The notes: generated from the sequence alone by a model not told the origin. Shown: positions 26,102-35,621, counted from the first letter of the stretch. The stretch: 36,413 nt of DNA from a virus (IMGVR_UViG_2724679172_000015), one strand, 5' to 3'. Program-made: numbers and translations.

Positions 26102-26383
26102 GTGAGTGTTGAACTGACGGATAAAGGAGGACGATGTGCGGCACTGGGCATGTCAAATGGTACGTGGTTTACCCTCCTTGATATTCCGGGGGTGGAAACC
26201 CTTTTTAATACCCGTAAAACCAATGACCCGATTGACTGCACACGTTCAAAGGCCCGCAAACTGGCGGATTTGATTGAAGCATGGGAGCCTCCCGACCACT
26301 GGTTCTCCGGCATCGGCAAATCTGAGGGAAAGACGCTTCTCATCGCTTTCCTGCGTAACTGCAAGGGGTTTCGCACTTGCTGA
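26102..26383 (+). CDS. Hypothetical small protein, 93 aa (uncertain)
   Basis: GTG-initiated ORF between tube gene and a terminator hairpin; no convincing RBS for an in-frame ATG. Confidence 0.3.
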   Translation: MSVELTDKGGRCAALGMSNGTWFTLLDIPGVETLFNTRKTNDPIDCTRSKARKLADLIEAWEPPDHWFSGIGKSEGKTLLIAFLRNCKGFRTC

Positions 26384-26389
26384 CATCAC

Positions 26390-26413
26390 AGGGGCTCCGG
26401 CCCCTTCTTCTTA
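26390..26413 (+). terminator. Intrinsic terminator after tail tube region
   Basis: Hairpin AGGGGC-TCCG-GCCCCT followed by TCTTCTTAAT. Confidence 0.5.
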
Positions 26414-26480
26414 ATCTCCTTTAATATCCGTCACGCGCTTCTCCCGACATACTGCCCTGAACTTACACAGGAGCACAATC

Positions 26481-26816
26481 ATGTCACAGACCCCATCCGA
26501 TACTTTTAAATTGTCTTATCCCTTCACCACTGCTGCAGGCACCAGAATTGAGCTGGTTGAACTGAAACGCCTGACGGTAAAAGACCTGAAGCAGGTGCGC
26601 AAAATCAGCAAAAACCCGGCAGACTGGGACGAACCGCTGATTGCCCGCAGTACTGGTCTTCTCCCGGAAGATCTCGACAATATGGATCTGGCTGATTACC
26701 TGCAGTTACAGAAACGATTTCAGCTCATCACGGGGATGGGTGAGAGCAACCAGGGCGCTGACGCAGGCGCAGGGGCTGCTGGCGAGATGGTTCCGGTTTC
26801 AGCCGGGGGAGATTGA
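26481..26816 (+). CDS. Tail assembly chaperone (P2 E-like), with probable frameshift-extended isoform ending at 26898
   Basis: 111 aa ORF with AGGAG RBS directly upstream of the tape measure gene; overlapping +1-frame ORF (to 26898) with protein-like C-terminus. Confidence 0.6.
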   Translation: MSQTPSDTFKLSYPFTTAAGTRIELVELKRLTVKDLKQVRKISKNPADWDEPLIARSTGLLPEDLDNMDLADYLQLQKRFQLITGMGESNQGADAGAGAAGEMVPVSAGGD

Positions 26817-26973
26817 TGCCCTCGATACTGACGATCTGGAGATGTGGCTGGAGCAGGCTGAAGAGCAAATAAAAAGCGAGTACGGCGACAAATCATAGTA
26901 CAGACAGCCGCCAGTAGCGGCTGTTCTGCGTTATTCCCTCACGTCTTTTCACCTTCCCCGGAGGTTAACCACT

Positions 26974-29925
26974 ATGTCGGGACAGTTTTCAGTCGGCGTT
27001 GTTATCGGCGGGATGATTGGCAGCACATTCCGTTCTGCAATGAGCGGTACCCGCCGTGCGCTTGATTCCCTGAGCGATACCTCACGCCGCCTGCAGGAAC
27101 GTCAGAACGCTTTAACCCGTGCAACAGAACGTTATGGTCAACTGGGTTCTTCCCGGATGCAGCATCTCAACAGCGAGCTGCTGCGGGTAAGCCGCACCAT
27201 GGAGCAAATTGAGCGCCAGCAGCGCCGTCTGTCAGCGGCATCCGCTACCAGTGATGCGCTGAAAGCTAACCGCATGGCGCTGTATGGTCAGGGGATTGAA
27301 GCGTATGGCATGGCACAGACTGTTTATCATACGGTTTCCCCTGCCGTTCAGCAGTCCATGTCTTTTCAGGACAAAATGATTGATATGTCGATCACCGCAA
27401 AATATGACAATAAAACGCGGGATGCACTTGCCGGACAGATAAAAGGCTGGGCGCTTAAATACAATCAGTATCAGGATGAGCTGCAGGAGGCGGTGGGTTC
27501 ACTCATCAGCGACAATATTGATAATGTGTCAGATATCGGTTTTCTGATGCCGGATATTGCCCGCGCGGCAACGGCAACACGCACGTCTGCTCAGGACTGG
27601 GCAAAAGTGGCCGCAGTCTGGCAAAACTCCCTGAAAGGTGCGGCCAGAGATTTTGGTGCCGTTCAGAATATTATGGCTTATGCCGGTGACCAGGGGTCAT
27701 TTGAAATCCCGGATCAGGTCAAGTGGATGCAGTCCCTGGCCCCAATGATGGCGGGTATTGCCAGTGGAAAAGAGGCTGTTGCTGAAATCGGGGCCAGTCT
27801 CCAGATAGCAAAAATCGGTGCAGGTTCCACCGACGAAGCAGCCAATAATTTTAAAAACTTTCTTACCAAAATTTTTGCCCGCGATACTCAGAAACAGTTT
27901 GCTGATCTGGGTATTGATTTGCAGGGATCTATTGCGAGTTATAAAGCTGCGGGGATCTCTCCGATTGAAGGGATGTTGAGTGTTATAGAACGTTACCTCA
28001 ATGCCAAAAGCCCCGAAGCGCTGGCCGGCTTCAAATCAGCCATGAAAATAAAGAATGATACGGCAAGAGATGAGGCACTTCAGGCTCTGGCGAAAAACTT
28101 TGGTCTGGGCGATATGTTCGCGGATATGCAGGTCATGGCATTTATCCGCCCGATGCTGGCCAACATGGACAGATATCGAGAGATCCGTGCCGGTGCTCTC
28201 AGGGCTGCGGATAACGATTTGCTTGCCAGTGCTTATGATCAGCGGCTGAAATCTCCCCTTGAAGCCACTAAAACACTTATGGTCAGCAGTCGCGATCTGG
28301 CAATTACGCTGGGCGATCAATTAGCTCCATCTTTTATTTCTTTGACTCAGGAACTGCTTCCACTCATTCAGGGGGCAAAACACTGGGTAGCGACTCACCC
28401 GCAATTTGTCAGTGGGGCTTTTAAGCTCATCAGTGCGCTCCTTGCGATTAAGATAGCGACTGTTGGTCTCAAACTGGGGCTGAATCTCCTTATTTCCCCC
28501 TTTGTAAGTGTCTGGAAAAATGCTGTTTTACTTCGGGCCAACTGGCTTCGTCTGTCGCTCGCACTGGGGCAAGGCGGTAAGCTCCGCTGGCTGGTGACCG
28601 GATTTAGCGCCGTCGCCAGAGGAGCCAGAACACTGAGTGGCGTGCTCTCCGGGGGGCTGGTTCGCGGAATTATGCTCGCCGGACGTGCTGTTCTCTGGAT
28701 TGGACGTGCGCTGATGATGAATCCCATCGGTCTCGTTATCACCGCTGTCGCGGCAGCAGCTTACCTTATCTACCGCAACTGGGGGGCAGTCAGTGGCTGG
28801 TTTAAACAGCGCTGGGCAGACATTCAGGAAGCCTTTAACGGCGGCATTGTGGGAATTGGTAAGTTACTGATTAACTGGTCGCCGGCAGGCCTGCTCTATA
28901 AAGCCTTTGCGGCTGCGCTGAAATATTTCGGCGTTGCTCTGCCGGCAAAGTTCACCGACTTCGGTGGCCATCTTATCGACGGTCTGATTAACGGTATCAA
29001 AAACAAATGGGGGTCGCTCAAATCCAGTGTAACCGGAATGGGTGACAGCATCAGTAGCTGGTTTAAACAGTGCTGGGCTGACATTCAGGAAGCCTTTAAC
29101 GGCGGTATCGCGGGAACTGGTAAGCTGCTGATTAACTGGTCGCCGGCAGGTCTGCTCTATAAAGCCTTTGCAGCTGCGCTGAAATATCTTGGTGTTGATC
29201 TGCCGGCAAAGTTCACCGACTTCGGTGGCCATCTTGTCGACGGTCTGATTAACGGTATCAAAAACAAATGGGAGTCGCTCAAATCCAGTGTAACCGGAAT
29301 GGGTGACAGCATCAGTGGCTGGTTCAGTGAAAAGCTGGGTATTCATTCGCCGAGCCGCGTGTTTATGGGCTTTGGTGACAATATCGCGCAGGGGGCCGCC
29401 ATTGGCCTGCAGCGGACCACTCCGCTTGCAGCTCTGGCCGGGCAGCGAATGGCCAGTGAACTGCTCCCCAAAATGCCCGTGAGCATTCAGGGGCCAGAAA
29501 TACGGGATAACACTTCAGGTGTTCGCTTCAGTATGCCGTTGCCCGATATCAACGGGTTTATGTCGTCTGCTAAAAATGCGATCGGAGCCGTAATCAATAG
29601 TTTGTCTTCCATGCCCGCTATCCCGCTCTCCACCCGGGCATCGATTTTACCAGGGCAACGTCTGGCAAATGAGATGACACCGGATGTTCCCCGTATCCCC
29701 TCGCCTGAAATCATGGCTGCCGGATATTCAGGCCGTGGTGCAGCTGCAACCGGCGGTGGAACGTCTGGTGGTATCCAGGTCAGCTTTAATCCTCAGTTTT
29801 TCCTCAATGGCAGGGAAACCACAGCGCCTGCAGGACTGACTGGTGCCCTGAATATGAGTCTGCATGAGCTGGAAAAAATGCTGGAGCGTCTGCTGGCTCA
29901 GAAACAACGTAAGGAGTACCGCTGA
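26974..29925 (+). CDS. Tail tape measure protein
   Basis: 983 aa; helical N-terminal region, hydrophobic central segments, internal tandem duplication; position between chaperone and baseplate genes. Confidence 0.85.
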   Translation: MSGQFSVGVVIGGMIGSTFRSAMSGTRRALDSLSDTSRRLQERQNALTRATERYGQLGSSRMQHLNSELLRVSRTMEQIERQQRRLSAASATSDALKANRMALYGQGIEAYGMAQTVYHTVSPAVQQSMSFQDKMIDMSITAKYDNKTRDALAGQIKGWALKYNQYQDELQEAVGSLISDNIDNVSDIGFLMPDIARAATATRTSAQDWAKVAAVWQNSLKGAARDFGAVQNIMAYAGDQGSFEIPDQVKWMQSLAPMMAGIASGKEAVAEIGASLQIAKIGAGSTDEAANNFKNFLTKIFARDTQKQFADLGIDLQGSIASYKAAGISPIEGMLSVIERYLNAKSPEALAGFKSAMKIKNDTARDEALQALAKNFGLGDMFADMQVMAFIRPMLANMDRYREIRAGALRAADNDLLASAYDQRLKSPLEATKTLMVSSRDLAITLGDQLAPSFISLTQELLPLIQGAKHWVATHPQFVSGAFKLISALLAIKIATVGLKLGLNLLISPFVSVWKNAVLLRANWLRLSLALGQGGKLRWLVTGFSAVARGARTLSGVLSGGLVRGIMLAGRAVLWIGRALMMNPIGLVITAVAAAAYLIYRNWGAVSGWFKQRWADIQEAFNGGIVGIGKLLINWSPAGLLYKAFAAALKYFGVALPAKFTDFGGHLIDGLINGIKNKWGSLKSSVTGMGDSISSWFKQCWADIQEAFNGGIAGTGKLLINWSPAGLLYKAFAAALKYLGVDLPAKFTDFGGHLVDGLINGIKNKWESLKSSVTGMGDSISGWFSEKLGIHSPSRVFMGFGDNIAQGAAIGLQRTTPLAALAGQRMASELLPKMPVSIQGPEIRDNTSGVRFSMPLPDINGFMSSAKNAIGAVINSLSSMPAIPLSTRASILPGQRLANEMTPDVPRIPSPEIMAAGYSGRGAAATGGGTSGGIQVSFNPQFFLNGRETTAPAGLTGALNMSLHELEKMLERLLAQKQRKEYR
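28798..29319 (+). repeat. In-frame tandem duplication inside the tape measure gene (2 x 261 bp, 87 codons each)
   Basis: Units 28798-29058 and 29059-29319 are near-identical (WFKQ.WADIQEAFNGGI...GMGDSIS.WF); periodicity is a multiple of 3. Confidence 0.85.
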
Positions 29926-30809
29926 TGTTTGCCGTACTGGGTGATATTGAGTTTGAGCTGATTACCTACTGGGACGGCTTCGAGGCCACGTTCGGCGTCG
30001 ATTATGCGGAGCATGCCCGCATCGGGGGTAAGCCTGGCCTGCAGTTCGTCGGCGACAGGCTGGACGAAATCCAGATAACTCTGGTTTTCCATCAGCATTA
30101 TTGTGTACCCGATGTGGAGCTGGCGAGACTGCGAACAGCCATGAAAGCCCATCAGGCACTGGCGCTGGTCTTCGGCAACGGTGACTATCGCGGCTGGTTC
30201 GTGATTACCGATGTGACTGCAACCAGCGAGCAGACTGACAGTACCGGCAACGTGCTGGCTGTCAGTGCCACCGTGTCTCTCCGGGAATACACCGGTGACC
30301 CGAAAAATCCTCTGCAACCACCGGCAATACGCACGAAGCTCCCGGGTGTCGGGGCGGTCTCCGGTGCCATTCCTTCACCTTCCGGGGTGGCGCAGTTCAT
30401 CCGCAACGGCGTCAACTATGCGAAACAGGCGCAGTCTGTACTCCAGACCACTATCAGCGCCGTTCGGGTGACACAGAAAATGAAGGATAACCCCGTTGTC
30501 GCACTGACCCGTGTGCCGGGGCTGATGAGCGGACTGGGTAATATCTCCGGGGCTCTGGGGAAAAGTGTTCCGGCGTTTAACGCACTCTCTGAATCCATGC
30601 CCGATGCCATCAGTCTGGCCAGAACAGCCAGCGAAGCAGCCACGTATGTACAGCAGGCACAGTCTGCGCTGAGTGGTGTGGACAAAAGAAATATTGCAGG
30701 TGCTCTGGATACCGTTTCCGGGCAGCTTAACGCCGCCGGCACAGCATTCAACCGCATGTCTCCGGGATTAAGTGCAATGGCCGCCAGAATACTGACGAGG
30801 AGTGTGTGA
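29925..30809 (+). CDS. Tail protein with gpU / DNA-circulation (Mu N) N-terminal-like domain
   Basis: 294 aa; AAGGAG RBS; N-terminal region resembles P2 gpU pattern; Ala/Ser-rich C-terminal extension. Confidence 0.55.
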   Translation: MFAVLGDIEFELITYWDGFEATFGVDYAEHARIGGKPGLQFVGDRLDEIQITLVFHQHYCVPDVELARLRTAMKAHQALALVFGNGDYRGWFVITDVTATSEQTDSTGNVLAVSATVSLREYTGDPKNPLQPPAIRTKLPGVGAVSGAIPSPSGVAQFIRNGVNYAKQAQSVLQTTISAVRVTQKMKDNPVVALTRVPGLMSGLGNISGALGKSVPAFNALSESMPDAISLARTASEAATYVQQAQSALSGVDKRNIAGALDTVSGQLNAAGTAFNRMSPGLSAMAARILTRSV

Positions 30810-31021
30810 TGTTTCTTGAACATGTTACCCGTGACGGAGAGCGCTGGGATTCGCTGGCATGGCAGTACTACGGTGACCCGCTGGGCTATCCCCGGATTAT
30901 TGCCGCCAATCCGCACGTGGCCATCACGCCGGTGCTGCCCTCCGGGCTGTTGTTACTGATCCCGGTGATTGAGGCTGAAGAAGCCCGTACAGAAGAGGAT
31001 ATTGCCCCATGGCTGAGATAA
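30809..31021 (+). CDS. Tail protein X-like (LysM-like small tail protein)
   Basis: 70 aa; GAGGAG RBS; WQYYGDPLGYPRIIAANPHVA...LPSGLLLLIPV resembles P2 gpX. Confidence 0.6.
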   Translation: MFLEHVTRDGERWDSLAWQYYGDPLGYPRIIAANPHVAITPVLPSGLLLLIPVIEAEEARTEEDIAPWLR

Positions 31022-32181
31022 ACAGCACTGCGCAAGTCACATCAGCGTTAACCGGCGTCAGCGATGTGCTGACACCGGTGTTCACTTTGTGGTATCTGCA
31101 GAAAAACATCACCTCTGATATCGCGCCTTATGTCACCCGTGTGACCTGGAGCGATAACATCAAAAATGAGTCCGATACCATTGAGGTGGAGCTGGACGAC
31201 ACCGATGGCCGCTGGCTGGATAAATGGTATCCGGGCAAGGGTGACACGCTGACGCTGAAAATGGGCTATCAGGGCGAGAAGCTGCTGTCCTGCGGTACGT
31301 TCTCTATAGACGAGATCGAAGTGAGTTCGCCCGCTTCCGTTGTTTCTATCCGTGGGGTGGCCACCTCGGTTAACAGTGCCCTGCGGACTAAAACCAGTCG
31401 TGGTTTTGAGAACACCACGCTGGCAGCTGTTGCGGGGCGGATTGCCAGAAAGCACCGACTGAAACTGGTGGGCAGCATTGAGTCCATCAGAATCGACCGG
31501 GTGACCCAGTATGCTGAAACCGACGTGGGTTTTCTGCGCCGGCTGGCCAGCGAGTATGGTTATGCAGTGAAAGTGGTCAGTGACCAGCTGATTTTTTCTC
31601 ATCTGGCCACACTGCGCAGTCAGGAGCCGGTCAGGCAGTTAAAACCGCAGGATGTGGCCCGCTTTTCCCTGCGTGACACCATCAACCGGGTCTATAAATC
31701 TGCAAAGGTAAAACACCAGAAAAGCAGCAGTAAAAAACTGATCGTCTACGAAGCTGATGGTGGTACCCGTGAAAGCGACAAAAAGCTCAAAGGTGGTAAG
31801 GTTACCAGCGCTGACTCACTTAAAGTTAACAGCCGCGTCAGCGACCCGGACAGTGCCCGGATTAAAGCGGATTCAGCACTGGCCAGACATAACGAATACC
31901 AGCAGAACGGCTCCCTGACGCTGACGGGAACACCTCAACTGACAGCAGGCAACAAAATTGAACTGGTGGGTTTTGGGCAGTTATCTGGGCCATGGCTCAT
32001 AACCACTGCCCTCCATGCGTTTGAGCGTAACAGCGGCTACACCACAGAGCTGGAAGTGGCACGGGGGCCGGTCACACAGGGCAAGGCGAAGAAAGGTAAA
32101 AAAACCGGCAAAACCCGGACGCTGACCATCTATAAACCGGACGGCAGCACGTCCACAGTAATAAGAGAGAAGAAAAAATGA
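31009..32181 (+). CDS. Baseplate hub / late control D-like protein (P2 gpD / Mu P family)
   Basis: 390 aa; position after X-like gene and before spike gene; lysine-rich C-terminus. Confidence 0.7.
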   Translation: MAEINSTAQVTSALTGVSDVLTPVFTLWYLQKNITSDIAPYVTRVTWSDNIKNESDTIEVELDDTDGRWLDKWYPGKGDTLTLKMGYQGEKLLSCGTFSIDEIEVSSPASVVSIRGVATSVNSALRTKTSRGFENTTLAAVAGRIARKHRLKLVGSIESIRIDRVTQYAETDVGFLRRLASEYGYAVKVVSDQLIFSHLATLRSQEPVRQLKPQDVARFSLRDTINRVYKSAKVKHQKSSSKKLIVYEADGGTRESDKKLKGGKVTSADSLKVNSRVSDPDSARIKADSALARHNEYQQNGSLTLTGTPQLTAGNKIELVGFGQLSGPWLITTALHAFERNSGYTTELEVARGPVTQGKAKKGKKTGKTRTLTIYKPDGSTSTVIREKKK

Positions 32182-32705
32182 CTGGTGTCACTCGTCAGGT
32201 CGGTACGGTCAGTGCCGTTGATGCCGACAGGGTTCAGGCCCGCGTTCGTCTGCCTGAATGCGATAATCTGCGCACAAACTGGCTTAACGTGCTACAGCGC
32301 AATACCCAGGATAACAAGGATTACTGGCTCCCTGACGTGGGGGAGCAGGTTGAGGTGCTGCTCGATGCCAACGGCGAGGATGGTGTTATTCTGGGCGCGG
32401 TGTACTCAGACGTCGATAAACCGCCGTTCAGTGATAAAAACGTCCGGGGTACGAAATACGCTGATGGCGCGGAGTTCAGTTATAACCGCGCGACCCATAC
32501 GCTGACGGTCAGAGGAGGTATTGAGCGTATCGTGGTGGAGGTTGCCGCTGATATCTCTCTCAAAGGGAAAAACCTCGACCTCACGGGAGTTACCACGATC
32601 AACGGCCCCGCGACACTCAATGGTGATCTGGAAATCAACGGAAGCGCCCATGCAACGGGTAACATATTTGCTGATGGTCAGAACTCTAATCACCATTCCC
32701 ATTGA
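32178..32705 (+). CDS. Baseplate spike protein (P2 gpV / Mu gp45 family)
   Basis: 175 aa; N-terminal OB-fold-like region GTVSAVDADRVQARVRLPECDNLRTNWLNVLQ...; start overlaps hub stop. Confidence 0.7.
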   Translation: MTGVTRQVGTVSAVDADRVQARVRLPECDNLRTNWLNVLQRNTQDNKDYWLPDVGEQVEVLLDANGEDGVILGAVYSDVDKPPFSDKNVRGTKYADGAEFSYNRATHTLTVRGGIERIVVEVAADISLKGKNLDLTGVTTINGPATLNGDLEINGSAHATGNIFADGQNSNHHSH

Positions 32706-32761
32706 ACCTTCTTAAACGCCTTTAATATCGGCGCTTACTTCCCGGGGGCAATACTGCCTCC

Positions 32762-33109
32762 ATGAAAACGACCTCAGTATTCTGGCAACCAGCTCTGCAG
32801 GCTCCCGGCGAAATCGTCCGGGGGCTGGATGATATCCGGCAGTCCATCCAGATCATCCTGCGGACTCCCCGCGGCAGCGACCCGCATCGCCCGGAGTTCG
32901 GCAGCAATCTGCACCTTTATATCGACTGGCCTGTCGGCCGGGCCATTCCGCATGTGGTTCGCGAATCCGTCGATGCCATCAGGCGCTGGGAACCCCGCTG
33001 CCAGCTTATGTCGGTTAAACCCGCCGTCGACGGCGAACATCTTACGCTCCGGGTGAGCTGGAAAGGCTCAGACGGACAACCCCGTACTCAGGAACTGCTA
33101 TGGCGCTGA
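32762..33109 (+). CDS. Baseplate wedge protein (P2 gpW / gp25-like)
   Basis: 115 aa; size and position; GEIVRGLDDIRQSIQIILRTPRGSDPHRPEFGSNLH pattern typical of GPW/gp25. Confidence 0.7.
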   Translation: MKTTSVFWQPALQAPGEIVRGLDDIRQSIQIILRTPRGSDPHRPEFGSNLHLYIDWPVGRAIPHVVRESVDAIRRWEPRCQLMSVKPAVDGEHLTLRVSWKGSDGQPRTQELLWR

Positions 33110-34203
33110 CAGAACCCGATTTTATTGAACGCGATGCCGATAAAATCACGGCAGAAATGATTGCGAAGTATGAAGCGGATACCGGAAAAACGCTGTACCC
33201 GGCACAGGCTGAACGTCTGCTGATTGACCTGTGGGCCTATCGCGAAATGCTGGTCAGGGTGGCAGTACAGGAGGCGGCGAAGCAGAATCTGGTCGCTTTT
33301 TCCCGTGAGCCGATGATTGATTACCTCGGTGAACTGGTCGGCGTATACCGCCTTGCTGCGCAGCCTGCCACCACCACACTTCAGTTCTCTGTGGATGAGG
33401 CACTGGCCATTGATGTGCTGATCCCGGCAGGCACCCGCGTCAGCGCTTCCGACAGTATTATTTTTGCCACCGATACAGATGTGGTGCTGAAGGCCGGATT
33501 GCTGCTGGTCAATGTCACGGCCACCTGTACCGAGCCGGGTACCGCTGGCAACGGCTGGCAACCGGCGCAGGTCAGTCAGTTACTCGATGAGATTGATAAC
33601 ATTGACCTGCTGGTGACCAATCTGACGGCCAGCTCTGGCGGTTCAGAGCAGGAAGACGATGACCGGCTCCGGGAGCGTATCAGGCTGGCCCCGGAGTCAT
33701 TCACCAATGCCGGAAGCCGTGGTGCATACCGTTTTCATGCTATGGGGGCGCATCCCGGCATTGTCGACGTTGCTGTTCTTTCTCCCGCTCCCGGCACTGT
33801 CGAGCTGTATCCGCTGCTCAGCACTGGTCTGCCGGACAGCAGTATCCTCACTCTGGTAGAGAGTTTCTGTTCTGACGAAAAAGTCAGACCACTCACTGAT
33901 ACCGTGCGAGCTAAAACACCTGTTCAGGTGGATTACACCATTGAAGCCAGGATTACGATCTATCGTGATCAGGATGCAAGGTTGGTAAAGGACAACGCTA
34001 ACAGCGCCATACAGAACTGGGTGGCATCCCGTACCGCCACGCTGGGGCGCGATATTGTTCCCAGCCAGATTATCAGCGTGTTGTCCGTTTCCGGGGTGTA
34101 CCAGGTCGAACTGGTGACACCGGCACTGAGGGTGGTGGCAGAAAACGAATGGGCAAACTGTACAGCGATCACTCTTAACATGACCGGGGTGTCCGATGGC
34201 TGA
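33100..34203 (+). CDS. Baseplate J-like protein (P2 gpJ / Mu gp47 family)
   Basis: 367 aa; position after W-like gene; overlapping start. Confidence 0.75.
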   Translation: MALTEPDFIERDADKITAEMIAKYEADTGKTLYPAQAERLLIDLWAYREMLVRVAVQEAAKQNLVAFSREPMIDYLGELVGVYRLAAQPATTTLQFSVDEALAIDVLIPAGTRVSASDSIIFATDTDVVLKAGLLLVNVTATCTEPGTAGNGWQPAQVSQLLDEIDNIDLLVTNLTASSGGSEQEDDDRLRERIRLAPESFTNAGSRGAYRFHAMGAHPGIVDVAVLSPAPGTVELYPLLSTGLPDSSILTLVESFCSDEKVRPLTDTVRAKTPVQVDYTIEARITIYRDQDARLVKDNANSAIQNWVASRTATLGRDIVPSQIISVLSVSGVYQVELVTPALRVVAENEWANCTAITLNMTGVSDG

Positions 34204-34774
34204 GGTGCTACAACTCCCGCCACCGCTTGAGGGTGATATCAGTCTCAGAACGCTGGGAAGACTGGCCGGACGGCTGGATAACATCGACCTGAGCGTACTG
34301 ATGGTCGGTCTCGTCGATATTGTCGACAGTTCCGCGCTGCCATGGCTTGGCGAGCAGTTCTCGCTGTTCGGCGATGGCTGGGAACTGGCGGAATCGGACG
34401 ATGTACGCCGCATGCTTATAAAAGCAGCCATCGAACTGCACCGGTATAAAGGGACGCCGTGGTCAATCCGGGAAGTTATCCGCCGTTTTGGCTTTGGTGA
34501 AGTGGATCTGATTGAAGGCACAGGTCGTCTCAGTTACGACGGCAATCGCAGCTATAACGGACTGTTTGTTCATGGAGATGCAGCCGCCTGGGCAGTTTAT
34601 CGCGTTATTCTGAAACAGCCCATTACTAACGATCAGGCCGCGATGCTGCGTCAGACGCTGGCTGCATTTGCACCGGCCCGCTGCCATCTGGCCAGCCTGG
34701 AGTATCAGTCTGTGGCCATTCGCTATAACAATACCGCCATCCATGATGGCAGTTATAACCACGGGAGCAGTTGA
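34196..34774 (+). CDS. Tail protein I-like (P2 gpI / Mu gp48 family)
   Basis: 192 aa; overlaps J-like stop; precedes tail fiber. Confidence 0.65.
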   Translation: MAEVLQLPPPLEGDISLRTLGRLAGRLDNIDLSVLMVGLVDIVDSSALPWLGEQFSLFGDGWELAESDDVRRMLIKAAIELHRYKGTPWSIREVIRRFGFGEVDLIEGTGRLSYDGNRSYNGLFVHGDAAAWAVYRVILKQPITNDQAAMLRQTLAAFAPARCHLASLEYQSVAIRYNNTAIHDGSYNHGSS

Positions 34775-34776
34775 TT

Positions 34777-35571
34777 ATGGGAAACCTGAATGAAACAGAA
34801 AAGTGGGAAGAAAATATCTATCAACTGGAGACATCAGATCCGGTTCTGGGTGGTGCAGACGGGATATCAAATCGAGCCCCCCGGCAACTGGCAAACAGGA
34901 CGAAATGGCTGAAGAAGAAAACGGAGGAAGCCGCACAGTCACTGGCTGAACACGTACGTTCCCGTAACCACCCGGACGCGACACTGACAGCTAAGGGGTT
35001 CACCCAACTGAGCAGTGCCACCAACAGCACCTCTGAAACGCTGGCCGCCACACCAAAAGCGGTCAAGGCTGCATACGACCTGGCAGCCGGCAAGGCGCCT
35101 GCCAGCCACACTCACCCGTGGAGTCAGATAACGGGAGTGCCTGCGGCTTCACTGACGGCAAAAGGCACCGTACAACTGAGCAGCGCCACGGACAGTCAAT
35201 CAGAAACTGAGGCTGCCACGCCGAAGGCTGTGAAAATCGCGTATGATCTGGCCCGGGGAAAATACACAGCCCAGGATGCAACAACGACCCGTAAAGGGAT
35301 CGTACAACTGAGCAGTGCCATCAACAGCACGTCTGAAACGCTGGCCGCCACACCGAAAGCGGTCAAGGCTGCATACGATCTGGCAAACGGAAAACAACCG
35401 GCAGATGCCACGCTCACTGCTCTCGCAGGACTTGCCACTGCAGCAGATCGGTTGCCTTATTTTACCGGAGCAGACCGCGCAGCGCTGGCAACCCTTACAG
35501 CTATTGGTCGCGCGATTATCGCTAAGGGCAGTATAAAAGATGTCCTCAATTACCTTGGATGTTGCGTTTAA
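34777..35571 (+). CDS. Tail fiber protein, proximal (constant) part with three internal repeats
   Basis: 264 aa; GGGAG RBS; three repeats of QLSSAT.S.SET.AATPKAVK.AYDLA; terminates 18 bp before a gix-like site. Confidence 0.7.
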   Translation: MGNLNETEKWEENIYQLETSDPVLGGADGISNRAPRQLANRTKWLKKKTEEAAQSLAEHVRSRNHPDATLTAKGFTQLSSATNSTSETLAATPKAVKAAYDLAAGKAPASHTHPWSQITGVPAASLTAKGTVQLSSATDSQSETEAATPKAVKIAYDLARGKYTAQDATTTRKGIVQLSSAINSTSETLAATPKAVKAAYDLANGKQPADATLTALAGLATAADRLPYFTGADRAALATLTAIGRAIIAKGSIKDVLNYLGCCV

Positions 35572-35586
35572 TTACATCGTAAGGGC

Positions 35587-35612
35587 CGCATAAAAACGTT
35601 GGTTTGGGGGAA
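35587..35612. other. Candidate Gin/Hin/Pin-family DNA-invertase crossover site (gix-like)
   Basis: CGCATAAAAACG-TT-GGTTTGGGGGAA: right half matches the invertase half-site consensus (reverse complement TTCCCCCAAACC vs TTATCNNAAACC), 2-bp core, weaker left half; lies exactly at the fiber constant/variable boundary. Confidence 0.4.
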
Positions 35613-35621
35613 GGCTCTGCA

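Noticed and set aside
26481-26898. Canonical -1 frameshift in the tail chaperone
   Set aside because: The overlapping extended frame is +1 relative to the chaperone frame, not -1, so a standard -1 slippery heptamer model does not fit; recorded instead as a candidate +1/-2 event.
28864-29346. 160-aa minus-strand ORF with its own internal repeat
   Set aside because: Its repeat is just the reverse-complement shadow of the tape measure tandem duplication; antisense to a confident gene.
33697-34521. 274-aa minus-strand ORF
   Set aside because: Antisense to baseplate J-like and I-like genes; Ser/Cys-rich low-complexity translation.
34821-35438. Minus-strand ORFs (34821-35111, 35196-35438) with repeated SYAALTAFGVAASVS motifs
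   Set aside because: Reverse-frame shadow of the tail fiber repeats; antisense to the fiber gene.
35604-35621. TTG at 35604 as the start of the tail-collar cassette (ORF-track start)
   Set aside because: It lies inside the candidate crossover site with no RBS; TTG at 35622 has a GGGGGAAGG RBS at suitable spacing, so the later start is preferred, though neither is certain.
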